DNA of 64,000 nt from Flavobacteriales bacterium. Its GTDB lineage: Bacteria > Bacteroidota > Bacteroidia > Flavobacteriales_F > PHOS-HE28. Of this stretch, positions 8,779 to 16,609 are shown in pieces. The DNA is taken from assembly GCA_016716605.1 (NCBI GenBank), contig JADJWA010000001.1:2489330-2553329 (forward strand), read 5' to 3'. The position numbers and the translations under genes are program-made. The notes under the pieces are model-generated. The model was not told the DNA's origin. It did no database searches and saw only the letters and a program-made list of their open reading frames with translations. The first letter of the stretch is position 1. Each line of letters opens with the position of its first letter.

Positions 8779-9291
8779 TCAGCGCATGCGGACCCAACTC
8801 AGCACCCAGACCAGGAGCACCGGCACGGGGTATTGCAGGGCATGAAGGATGGCGATGGCAACGGGCCTGAGCAGCGCCGGGTTGGCCCAGTAACAGATGC
8901 CAGCGCATGCGCCAAGCGCAGCGAAAAAGACCATGACGGGCACCGCGTAGCGGTGATCGCCGAATCGCGTGCGCGCCATGGCCGCAGTGAGCACGGCCAT
9001 GGAAACCATGAAGGCGCCAGCAGCCAGCCACTTCGCGCGTTGGGCGTCGGCGAGGTCCCAGCCTTGCGCCCAGTCACGGAACACCGAATGCGCGTAGTTC
9101 CGCTCGCGGCTGTTCGAGAGGAAGTCAATCTGGAAATTGATGTTGGTGGCCACGAATTCACGGGCAGCCCCGAGCAGTGAGGCGAGGCCAAGCCAGAACA
9201 GGCTCATCAACGCGCGTTTCTTCGGGATGACCAGGTTGGAGACCGCCGTACCGGCGCGTGATGCCCACGATTGAATCATGCCCGCGTTCAT
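8779..9291 (-). CDS. Exosortase F system-associated membrane protein
   Basis: Its ATG overlaps the xrtF stop (ATGA at 9288-9291). It is a roughly 170-aa multi-pass membrane protein in the position invariably paired with xrtF. Confidence 0.7.
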   Translation of the reverse strand: MNAGMIQSWASRAGTAVSNLVIPKKRALMSLFWLGLASLLGAAREFVATNINFQIDFLSNSRERNYAHSVFRDWAQGWDLADAQRAKWLAAGAFMVSMAVLTAAMARTRFGDHRYAVPVMVFFAALGACAGICYWANPALLRPVAIAILHALQYPVPVLLVWVLSWVRMR

Positions 9292-9836
9292 GCAACGCGC
9301 TTCGTCCAATTGCTGAACCGCTTCACCCAGAGGTACCAGAGCCCGAATACGGCGCCGTAAACCACCACATAGAAGGTGTAGTCGTGGTTGAATTCGAGCC
9401 AGCCATAACCGTGTGTGACAACGATGCACAGGACCGCGACACGAAGAGCATTGAGCAAATGGATCAGGGCGATGCCAGCAGGAATGAACCAGGCCTTGTG
9501 TTTCCAAGGTCCTGGAAAGGCGATGATGAAGACCATGAACACGGCGAAGAGCGGGATGCCATTGCAGGGATCGCCGATCCAGAGATGGCTTCCGCCCTGA
9601 ATACCGATGTAGCGCTCCAGATCGATGCGCGGCTCAGGCAGCATTTCGTGTCCGAGGCCCTCGAGGACGAAGGTGGCGATGGAGACCAGGCTGTTGATCA
9701 CGGCCCGATCGAGCTTGCCCCAGGAATGCAGCCCTAGGTGGTAGGTCAGGAGCCATGCCAGCCAAAGGCCTACTCCAACGACAAGGAAACGAATCAGCGG
9801 GTCACGCTTGGTCGCGGAGCCGGAAGAGAGGGACAT
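9288..9836 (-). CDS. xrtF: Exosortase family protein XrtF
   Basis: A 182-aa polytopic protein with the exosortase active-site context WIGDPCNGIPLFAVFMVF (Cys), NALRVAVLCIV (Arg) and a distal His (EFNHDYTFYV). Small size and the paired downstream membrane protein fit the F clade. Confidence 0.85.
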   Translation of the reverse strand: MSLSSGSATKRDPLIRFLVVGVGLWLAWLLTYHLGLHSWGKLDRAVINSLVSIATFVLEGLGHEMLPEPRIDLERYIGIQGGSHLWIGDPCNGIPLFAVFMVFIIAFPGPWKHKAWFIPAGIALIHLLNALRVAVLCIVVTHGYGWLEFNHDYTFYVVVYGAVFGLWYLWVKRFSNWTKRVA

Positions 9837-9838
9837 GC

Positions 9839-10045
9839 CTATGCCTGACGCCGGCGCATCTGCGCGGCCTTGGCGCCCCCGTATAGCAGGCCAGCTGCCA
9901 ACAAAGCGCTCAATCCGCCGTCAATCGGGATGCAAGGCGGGGGCCAGCAGGGCGGCGGCCCACCGACAGGCTGTGCCATGAGGGCACCAGCGCAGGGAAG
10001 CACAACCATACCGAGGACGAAGAGCGCGCGTAGGACCAGTTGCAT
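9839..10045 (-). CDS. 68-aa secreted mini-protein with a PEP-CTERM-like C-terminal sorting signal (P-I-D variant); candidate XrtF substrate
   Basis: Product is MQLVLRALFVLGMVVLPCAGALMA | QPVGGPPPCWPPPC | IPIDGG-LSALLAAGLLYGG-KAAQMRRRQA. The stop TAG 9839-9841 lies 2 nt before the xrtF ATG. A TACTTTTG -7 box lies 27 nt upstream of its ATG. Codon third positions are G/C-rich like the neighbours. Confidence 0.6.
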   Translation of the reverse strand: MQLVLRALFVLGMVVLPCAGALMAQPVGGPPPCWPPPCIPIDGGLSALLAAGLLYGGAKAAQMRRRQA

Positions 10046-10071
10046 CAGATCAGGAGGACTTTGATCGCCGC

Positions 10072-10079
10072 CAAAAGTA
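10072..10079 (-). promoter_or_regulatory. Bacteroidota-type -7 promoter box (TACTTTTG) for the mini-protein/xrtF operon
   Basis: It matches TAnnTTTG on the minus strand. A TTTG (-33-like) sits at 10101-10104, 21 nt further upstream. The box is 27 nt upstream of ATG 10045. Confidence 0.45.
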
Positions 10080-10161
10080 TCGAAAGCAAATCAATCTCGC
10101 CAAAATGACTTTTCGACCGACGAAGGCAGTGCTCCGTCCTAGGCACGCGGGACCCCCCACC

Positions 10162-10169
10162 TATATTTG
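10162..10169 (+). promoter_or_regulatory. Bacteroidota-type -7 promoter box (TATATTTG) for the glycan locus
   Basis: It matches TAnnTTTG 52 nt upstream of the Wzc-like ATG 10221. I found no clear -33 TTTG. Confidence 0.4.
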
Positions 10170-10220
10170 GCCGCTTTCATCGGCGGTAAACCGCGCCCTT
10201 GCGCGTCCGCACCCCACTGG

Positions 10221-12638
10221 ATGTCCTCCCCCAAGGCTCAGCAGCGCAACAGCATCATCGATGCGAAGGATGTCCGTGCCTTCCTGCGCATAGCCACGAA
10301 GAACTGGTACTTCGTGGCGGTTGCCCTTGGCGTCTCGGCCGTGCTGGCCTACCTGTACAGCTACAAATTGCCGGATGTATATGGCGCTCGGACCCAGATC
10401 CTGCTGCGCGACCGCGAGGTGTACGACTACCAGACCCAGGTGTACAAGAGCATCGGGTACGTTGGCGCTTACAGCGACCTCGTGAACCAGAAGCGGGTGC
10501 TCACCAGCTTCGACCTTGTGAACCGGACCCTGGACAAGCTGGATTTCGACGTTTCGTACTTCATCGTCGGCAGATTCAAGACCACGCAGCATTACGGCAA
10601 CATGCCCTTCAAGGTCAATATGCAGGTGCTCTCCAAGCGCTTGTATGACCGGCCGATCGACCTGCGGATCCTGGATATCGACCGCTACGAGCTGAGCTAC
10701 GACAAGGATGGGGAGGTCGCTCGCAAGACCTTCCGGTTCAATGTGGATGAGCGCGATGATGATTTCGTCATCCGCGTGGACCGCTCGCCGTACATGACTG
10801 CGAAGAATCAGGCCCAGTTCGCGCAGACCGATTACCAATTCGTGCGGCATGAGCGCGCCCGGCAAGTCAATGAGCGCATCAGGTCCATCAAGGTCGAGAA
10901 CCAGGAGTTCACCACCATCCTTGAGGTGACCACGGAGGATGAGGTGTCTGAGCGCGCCAAGCTCTTCCTGGATTCGCTCTCCGCGGAGTACATCCGGCAG
11001 ACGCTGAAGAGCGAATACGAGATCAATGAGAATACGGTGAACTACATCGACCGCCAGCTCGCTGAGGTCACCGTGGTGCTCGACCAGCATGAGCGCGAAT
11101 TGCTCAGCTACAAGCAGGATGAGGACGTCATCGACATCGAGCGGGAGGAGAACCTCTTCTTCAGCGAGATGGTCACCTACGACAAGCAGCGGAGGCAGTT
11201 CGAGCTCGACATGCAGGCGCTTGATGCGTTGGAGGAGTACGTCCTCAATAGCGAGGACGAGCGCCTGCTGCCGCCGGCCACCTTCATCATCGAGGACATG
11301 TTCCTCCGCGAAATGCTCGGCAGCCTCGTTAACAAGCAGATGGAGCGCAATGCCATGCTCTACTCCGGCACTGCAGCCAACATGGCGGTGCAAGAGGTTG
11401 ATAGCACGCTTCGCCGGGACCGCGCCAGCCTGCTCACCTACATCAATAACGCCCGTTCCGCCAAGCAAGGGCGCATGGCCGATGTGCAATCACAGGTCGG
11501 CGACTATGAGCGCATGCTCCAGAAGCTCCCGAGGAAGCAGCGCGACATGATCAACATCCAGCGCCGCCTTGCCGTGAACGAGCGGCTCTACACGTTCATG
11601 CTCGAGAAGCGCGCCAGCACCATCATTGCCCGCGCGGGCATCGTGCCGCAGACCAAGGTGATCGAGAGCGCGCGCGGCTTGGGCGTGATCCGGCCGGACA
11701 AGGCCAAGATCCTGTACACCTTCATGCTCGGCGGGGTGGTGGTGGCCCTGCTGGTGGTCTTCATCCGCGTGATGTTCTACGACCGCATCGAGAACGCCGA
11801 CCAGCTCAAGGAACTCACACCGCTGCCCATCTACGGCGAGATCATCGCCAGCGAGAAAGCCGAACAGAACTACGTGGTGGTGGATAGCGACCCCAAGGCC
11901 GCCATCACCGAGAGCTTCCGGTCCGTGCGCACCAATCTGGAATACGTGCAGGGCAGGGGCGAAGGCGGCAAAGTGGTGATGGTGACCAGCTACCGGCCCA
12001 ACGAAGGGAAGACCTTCTGCTCGGTGAACCTCAGCGCGATCCTGGCCAAGGCCGGCAAGCGCGTGCTGCTGCTCGAACTCGACCTGCACAAGCCCAAGGT
12101 GGCCACGGGCCTCGGCATGAGCAGCACTACGGGCCTGAGCAATGTGCTCATCGGAAAGGTGCCCTGGCGCGACGCCGTGCTGCCCACCCAGTTCGAGAAT
12201 TTCCATGTGATGCTCAGCGGCCCCACCCCGCCCAATGCCTCGGAGCTCGTGCTCAGCAAGAAGCTGGAGGAATTGTTCGCTGAGGCCCGACATGAGTTTG
12301 ACTATGTGCTCGTCGATACCCCGCCCGTGGGCCTGATCACCGATGCATTGCTCATGATGCGCTATGCCGACTGCACCATGTTCGTGGTGAACACGCAGTT
12401 CGCCAGCAAGGACCACGTGAACAATGCCTTGGAAGTGCTGGCCACCAACCCTGGCGTGAATGCTGGCTTCATCCTCAACGGCGTCCGGATGAAGAAGAGC
12501 AAGTACTACTACAATACCAATTACGGCTACGGATACCGTTATGCGTACGGCTACGGCAGCGGCTATGGCTATGGATATGGCTATGGCCGCCGGAGCAAAG
12601 GCAAGGAGAAGAGCGATGACCGGAACCAATCCGCATGA
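10221..12638 (+). CDS. Polysaccharide co-polymerase / bacterial tyrosine (BY) kinase, Wzc/GumC-like
   Basis: N-terminal Wzz-like TM segment (WYFVAVALGVSAVLAYLY), a long coiled periplasmic region and a second TM (LGGVVVALLVVFI). Kinase Walker A is YRPNEGKTFCSVNLS, A' is LLLELDLHKP, B is DYVLVDTPPVG. The C-terminal Tyr cluster reads YYYNTNYGYGYRYAYGYGSGYGYGYGYG. Confidence 0.9.
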   Translation: MSSPKAQQRNSIIDAKDVRAFLRIATKNWYFVAVALGVSAVLAYLYSYKLPDVYGARTQILLRDREVYDYQTQVYKSIGYVGAYSDLVNQKRVLTSFDLVNRTLDKLDFDVSYFIVGRFKTTQHYGNMPFKVNMQVLSKRLYDRPIDLRILDIDRYELSYDKDGEVARKTFRFNVDERDDDFVIRVDRSPYMTAKNQAQFAQTDYQFVRHERARQVNERIRSIKVENQEFTTILEVTTEDEVSERAKLFLDSLSAEYIRQTLKSEYEINENTVNYIDRQLAEVTVVLDQHERELLSYKQDEDVIDIEREENLFFSEMVTYDKQRRQFELDMQALDALEEYVLNSEDERLLPPATFIIEDMFLREMLGSLVNKQMERNAMLYSGTAANMAVQEVDSTLRRDRASLLTYINNARSAKQGRMADVQSQVGDYERMLQKLPRKQRDMINIQRRLAVNERLYTFMLEKRASTIIARAGIVPQTKVIESARGLGVIRPDKAKILYTFMLGGVVVALLVVFIRVMFYDRIENADQLKELTPLPIYGEIIASEKAEQNYVVVDSDPKAAITESFRSVRTNLEYVQGRGEGGKVVMVTSYRPNEGKTFCSVNLSAILAKAGKRVLLLELDLHKPKVATGLGMSSTTGLSNVLIGKVPWRDAVLPTQFENFHVMLSGPTPPNASELVLSKKLEELFAEARHEFDYVLVDTPPVGLITDALLMMRYADCTMFVVNTQFASKDHVNNALEVLATNPGVNAGFILNGVRMKKSKYYYNTNYGYGYRYAYGYGSGYGYGYGYGRRSKGKEKSDDRNQSA

Positions 12639-13516
12639 CCATGGCCATGCGTGATGCCGGGGACGCGCAATCGGAGCAATGGGAGGTAGTGGTACGTCCC
12701 GAACACGGTTGGTGGAGCCTGGACCTGCGCGAGATCTGGCGCTATCGTGACCTGCTGCTGCTGCTGGTCCGGCGCGACTTGCTCGCGGTGTACAAGCAGA
12801 CCCTCATCGGCCCTGCATGGCAGGTCCTGCAACCGCTGCTCACTTCCATCATGTTCGCCGTGGTCTTCGGGATCATGGCGCGCATGGCGCCGTCCGGCAT
12901 ACCGCCCTTGCTCTTCTACCTGAGCGCAGTGGTGCCCTGGGGCTTCTTCAGCGGCGTGGTCACACGCACCTCCCAGACCCTGTTGAGCAACGCCGCCTTG
13001 ATGACCAAGGTGTACTTCCCACGGCTGGTGGCGCCCTTGGCCACGGTGCTCGCCACCGGATTCAATTTCGGGGTGCAGCTCACGGCTTATCTGGTGTTCG
13101 CGCTCATCTACGCGCTGCTCGGCAAGCACCCATGGCCCGTGGGGGCCGAGGCCGCCATGTTGCCCGCGCTCATCGCCATCATCGCCGTCATGGGCCTGGG
13201 CGTCGGCCTCGGGGTCAGCGCGCTCACCGCGCGCTACCGCGACTTCGGCCTCCTCATCGGCTTCGCTGTGCAACTGCTGATGTACGCCAGCCCGGTGATC
13301 TTCCCCCTCTCGATGACCGCGCCCGGCAGCAAGCTCCGCGCTGCCATCGAATTGAACCCGCTCACCCCGGTGATCGAGGGCTTCCGTGCAGCCCTGCTCG
13401 GAATGCCCATGGAATGGGGCACCCTTTGGTACAGCGCAGGGGTGGCAGTCGTTGTGCTGGTGCTCGGCCTGCTTCTCTTCCAGCGCGTAGAGCGCTCATT
13501 CGCTGATGTGATATGA
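12635..13516 (+). CDS. ABC-2 type polysaccharide export permease (Wzm-like)
   Basis: Six-TM ABC-2 layout with the typical N-terminal LREIWRYRDLLLLLVRRDLLAVYKQTLIGPAWQVLQPLL. ATGA overlaps on both sides. Confidence 0.85.
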   Translation: MTMAMRDAGDAQSEQWEVVVRPEHGWWSLDLREIWRYRDLLLLLVRRDLLAVYKQTLIGPAWQVLQPLLTSIMFAVVFGIMARMAPSGIPPLLFYLSAVVPWGFFSGVVTRTSQTLLSNAALMTKVYFPRLVAPLATVLATGFNFGVQLTAYLVFALIYALLGKHPWPVGAEAAMLPALIAIIAVMGLGVGLGVSALTARYRDFGLLIGFAVQLLMYASPVIFPLSMTAPGSKLRAAIELNPLTPVIEGFRAALLGMPMEWGTLWYSAGVAVVVLVLGLLLFQRVERSFADVI

Positions 13517-14775
13517 GCGGGCGAAGTGATTTGGTGATCCAGGTCGAGGACCTGCGCAAGCGATACAGGCTGGGCGTGATGGGCAGCGACCTGCTTGCCG
13601 ATGAGGCCGCTGCGCTCTGGGGCCGAATGCGCGGTCGGGCCAATGCGGGCAAGAAGCGGCGCGCGCCGGAGGGTGAGCAGCGCGTGGGCGATTACTTCTG
13701 GTCGCTGCAAGGCGTGTCCTTCGAGGTGAAGCGCGGCGAGATGCTCGGGATCATCGGGCGCAACGGCGCGGGCAAGAGCACGCTCCTCAAGCTCCTCTCC
13801 CGGATCTCCCTGCCTACCGAAGGCGTGATCCGCATGCGCGGCAAGGTGAGCAGCTTGCTCGAGGTGGGCACGGGCTTCCACCCGGAGCTCACCGGACGCG
13901 AGAACATCTACCTCAACGGCGCCATCCTTGGCATGCGCAAGGCCGAGATCAACCGCAAGCTCGACCAGATCATCGCCTTCAGCGGCATCGAGCATCACCT
14001 CGATTCACCGATCAAGCGGTACAGCAGCGGCATGAAAGTGCGCTTGGGCTTCAGCGTGGCCGCGCACCTGGATCCGGAGATCCTGATCGTCGATGAAGTG
14101 CTCGCCGTGGGCGATGCCGAGTTCCAGCGCAAATGCATCGGCAGCATGCGTGAAGTGGCGTCCAGCGGGCGCACCATCCTCTTCGTGAGCCACAACCTGG
14201 TGAGCCTGCAGAGCCTCTGCACGCGGGCCATCTGGCTTGAGAAAGGACGGCTCCGAGCGGAAGGCCCAACGGATGAACTGGTGCGTGATTACCTGCTTGT
14301 GAGCACGCATCAGCACAGTGCCCAGGAATGGGCCGAAGGGGAGGGCCCTGGAACGGAGGACCTTCGCCTGGTCTCCGTTCGCGCGATCAGCGATGATCCT
14401 TCGGGAGCCTTCACCACCGATTCGGCCGTCCGCATCGAGATCGAGCTGGACAACCTGGGCATCGCCGATGCCGACCTCGATATCCGGCTGCAAGTGCGCA
14501 CGGGCAACGATGCCATCGCCTTCAGCAACGACCTCTCTGCCAGCCAACCGGCCCGGTTCTGGAATCTTGGACGCAGCAAAGTGGCCTGCACCATACCCGC
14601 GCAGCTGCTCAACTCCAATACCTATCGTTACCACTTGGTCTTCTTCCGTCAAGGACGGGTCCTCTTCAAGGCGGAGGATGTGCTGAGCATCGATGTGCAC
14701 GAAGGCGCCCGTTCGGGCTCCACCTTCCGCAAGATGCCCGGTGCGGTGAGGCCCATGCTCACCTGGCAGCGGTGA
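13513..14775 (+). CDS. ABC polysaccharide export ATPase (Wzt-like) with a C-terminal extension of about 160 aa
   Basis: Walker A GRNGAGKSTLLKLL, signature YSSGMKVRLGF, Walker B ILIVDEVLAVGD. The extra C-terminal beta-rich domain reads LRLVSVRAISDD...RIEIELDN...TYRYHLVFF. Confidence 0.9.
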   Translation: MSGRSDLVIQVEDLRKRYRLGVMGSDLLADEAAALWGRMRGRANAGKKRRAPEGEQRVGDYFWSLQGVSFEVKRGEMLGIIGRNGAGKSTLLKLLSRISLPTEGVIRMRGKVSSLLEVGTGFHPELTGRENIYLNGAILGMRKAEINRKLDQIIAFSGIEHHLDSPIKRYSSGMKVRLGFSVAAHLDPEILIVDEVLAVGDAEFQRKCIGSMREVASSGRTILFVSHNLVSLQSLCTRAIWLEKGRLRAEGPTDELVRDYLLVSTHQHSAQEWAEGEGPGTEDLRLVSVRAISDDPSGAFTTDSAVRIEIELDNLGIADADLDIRLQVRTGNDAIAFSNDLSASQPARFWNLGRSKVACTIPAQLLNSNTYRYHLVFFRQGRVLFKAEDVLSIDVHEGARSGSTFRKMPGAVRPMLTWQR

Positions 14776-15617
14776 TGGCGGCCATGCTCGGCAAAGCGCT
14801 GTTGACGATCACGCGGCCATTGCAGCCGCTGATGCCGCGCATGTCGCCGAAGCTGATCATCATCGGTGCCCAGAAAGCCGGTACCACGACACTGTTCGAC
14901 CTGCTGAGCCAGCATCCGAAGGTGATTCCTCCAGCCGTGAAGGAGATTGACTTCTTCAGCAGCGATGAACGGTACGGGGCAGGCCTTACCGCGTATTGGA
15001 AGAGTTTCCCGCGCAGGCCCGTGGCCATGAGCAGGCACATCACCCTTGAAGCATCGCCCAGCTACCTCATGTCGCCGGTGGCGGCGCAACGCATCGCACA
15101 GCACCTGCCGAAGGCCTTGTGCCTGGCAGTGCTCCGCGATCCCGTGTCCAGGGCCTACTCCGCGTGGAACATGTACCGCCAGTTCAAAGGCGGCAAGCAC
15201 CACCGCTTCCACGATCCAAGGACCTTTGAGCAGGCCGTTGCCGATGAACTTGAAGGCAAGCCATGCTACGCGCATCATGCCTATCTGGCCAACAGCACCT
15301 ACGCGCCACAAGTGCAGCGCTTCATCGACCATATCGGAGCAAGCGCATTGCTCGTGCGAAGTTTCCATGAACTCACCCGTGATCCGCAGGCCCTCGTGAA
15401 CGATGTGCTTACCCGGCTGGGGATCGAGACTTTCCCCGCAGGCCATCCGGCATTCGCCACCCGCAGCAATGCACGTGCGTATCCGTCGGCTATTCCTGCG
15501 GACCTCGCCGCTCTGCTGCATGCGCATTTCGAGCCTGACCTTCGCGCCTTGGAACGCACGGTCGGTCATGCCTTGGACATCGTGGATGCGGCGCCACAAC
15601 AAGACCCGAAGCCGTAG
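14775..15617 (+). CDS. Sulfotransferase (Sulfotransfer_1-like)
   Basis: 5'-PSB loop IIIGAQKAGTTTLFDLL and 3'-PB motif VLRDPVSRAYSAW. The start is ambiguous (GTG 14772, ATG 14775, or an internal Met). Confidence 0.85.
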   Translation: MAAMLGKALLTITRPLQPLMPRMSPKLIIIGAQKAGTTTLFDLLSQHPKVIPPAVKEIDFFSSDERYGAGLTAYWKSFPRRPVAMSRHITLEASPSYLMSPVAAQRIAQHLPKALCLAVLRDPVSRAYSAWNMYRQFKGGKHHRFHDPRTFEQAVADELEGKPCYAHHAYLANSTYAPQVQRFIDHIGASALLVRSFHELTRDPQALVNDVLTRLGIETFPAGHPAFATRSNARAYPSAIPADLAALLHAHFEPDLRALERTVGHALDIVDAAPQQDPKP

Positions 15618-15623
15618 GGGCGC

Positions 15624-16577
15624 ATGAGCACGGCCCGTTACCACCCGATCCTGGATCCGTCGAGACTGGTCTTCATCGTGGGTTCACCACGCAGCGGAAC
15701 CACATGGCTGAGCCGCATGCTGGGCGATCACCCGCAGGTCGCAGCGCTGGATCATGAGCTCACCTTGTTCTCAGCCTACCTCGCGCCGGTCCTCAGCGCA
15801 TGGTCAAAGGAAGCCGGGCGCTTGGAGCGAACGCAACGGCCCTTCGGCATGCCAGCGCTCTTCTCCAACGAAGAGTTCATGAGCGCTTTGCATGAAGTTG
15901 CCGCCCAGGTCTATGCTCGCGTGCAGGCCCGCAGGCCCGGCGCCACGCTCATCCTCGACAAGCATCCGGCTTACGTGCGGCATCTCTCCGCGATCGCGGC
16001 GCTGATGCCGGGCAGCAGGTGCATCCATCTTGTCCGCGATGGGCGCGCTGCCATTTCCAGCATGCTTGCCGCTCCCGACCTCATGGGGCATTCGGGCACT
16101 TCAGTGCAAGCCGCTGCACAAGAATGGGCACAGAGCACTGCGATGGCGCAAGTCCACGGCGCCGGGTTCGGCCCCCGCTTCCGCACCGTGCGCTACGAGG
16201 AACTGGTATCCGGAACACCCGGCCAACTGGCGGCGCTATTCGCATTTCTTGGGATCGACAACAATGAAGCGCTTTGCGGGTCCATCGCTGCGAATCACCA
16301 TCGCGAGAAGGGCCTTGTTGCGCAAGGGAAGGGCGATGCATCGGTTGTTCGGCGGACCTGGCGGCAGCACTTCACCCTGATCGATCGCTATTGGATCGAT
16401 GCCATCGCCGGGGCCCAGCTGCGCCATTGGGGCTACGCCAAGGAGGGCTGGTGGGCAATCGCTTCGGCCGATCGCCTGCGTATGGCCCTGTTCCCGCTGC
16501 GCGTGCGCCTTGGGGAGTCGCTTCGGGCGCTTAAGCGCATCTGGTCCTCGCCGATCACGCGCCAGGTGAGGCCCTGA
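15624..16577 (+). CDS. Sulfotransferase family protein
   Basis: 5'-PSB-like loop FIVGSPRSGTTWLSRML and 3'-PB-like HLVRDGRAAISSM. Confidence 0.8.
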   Translation: MSTARYHPILDPSRLVFIVGSPRSGTTWLSRMLGDHPQVAALDHELTLFSAYLAPVLSAWSKEAGRLERTQRPFGMPALFSNEEFMSALHEVAAQVYARVQARRPGATLILDKHPAYVRHLSAIAALMPGSRCIHLVRDGRAAISSMLAAPDLMGHSGTSVQAAAQEWAQSTAMAQVHGAGFGPRFRTVRYEELVSGTPGQLAALFAFLGIDNNEALCGSIAANHHREKGLVAQGKGDASVVRRTWRQHFTLIDRYWIDAIAGAQLRHWGYAKEGWWAIASADRLRMALFPLRVRLGESLRALKRIWSSPITRQVRP

Positions 16578-16609
16578 TCCAGAGGCGGACGGTAACTTGC
16601 ACGACCCCC

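Noticed and set aside
10161-12629. Minus-strand ORFs of 442 and 379 aa opposite the Wzc-like gene.
   Set aside because: Antisense shadow ORFs. They have no motifs and biased composition (runs of H, A, G, L, V, E). The plus-strand frame carries the Walker A/A'/B motifs and the Tyr cluster.
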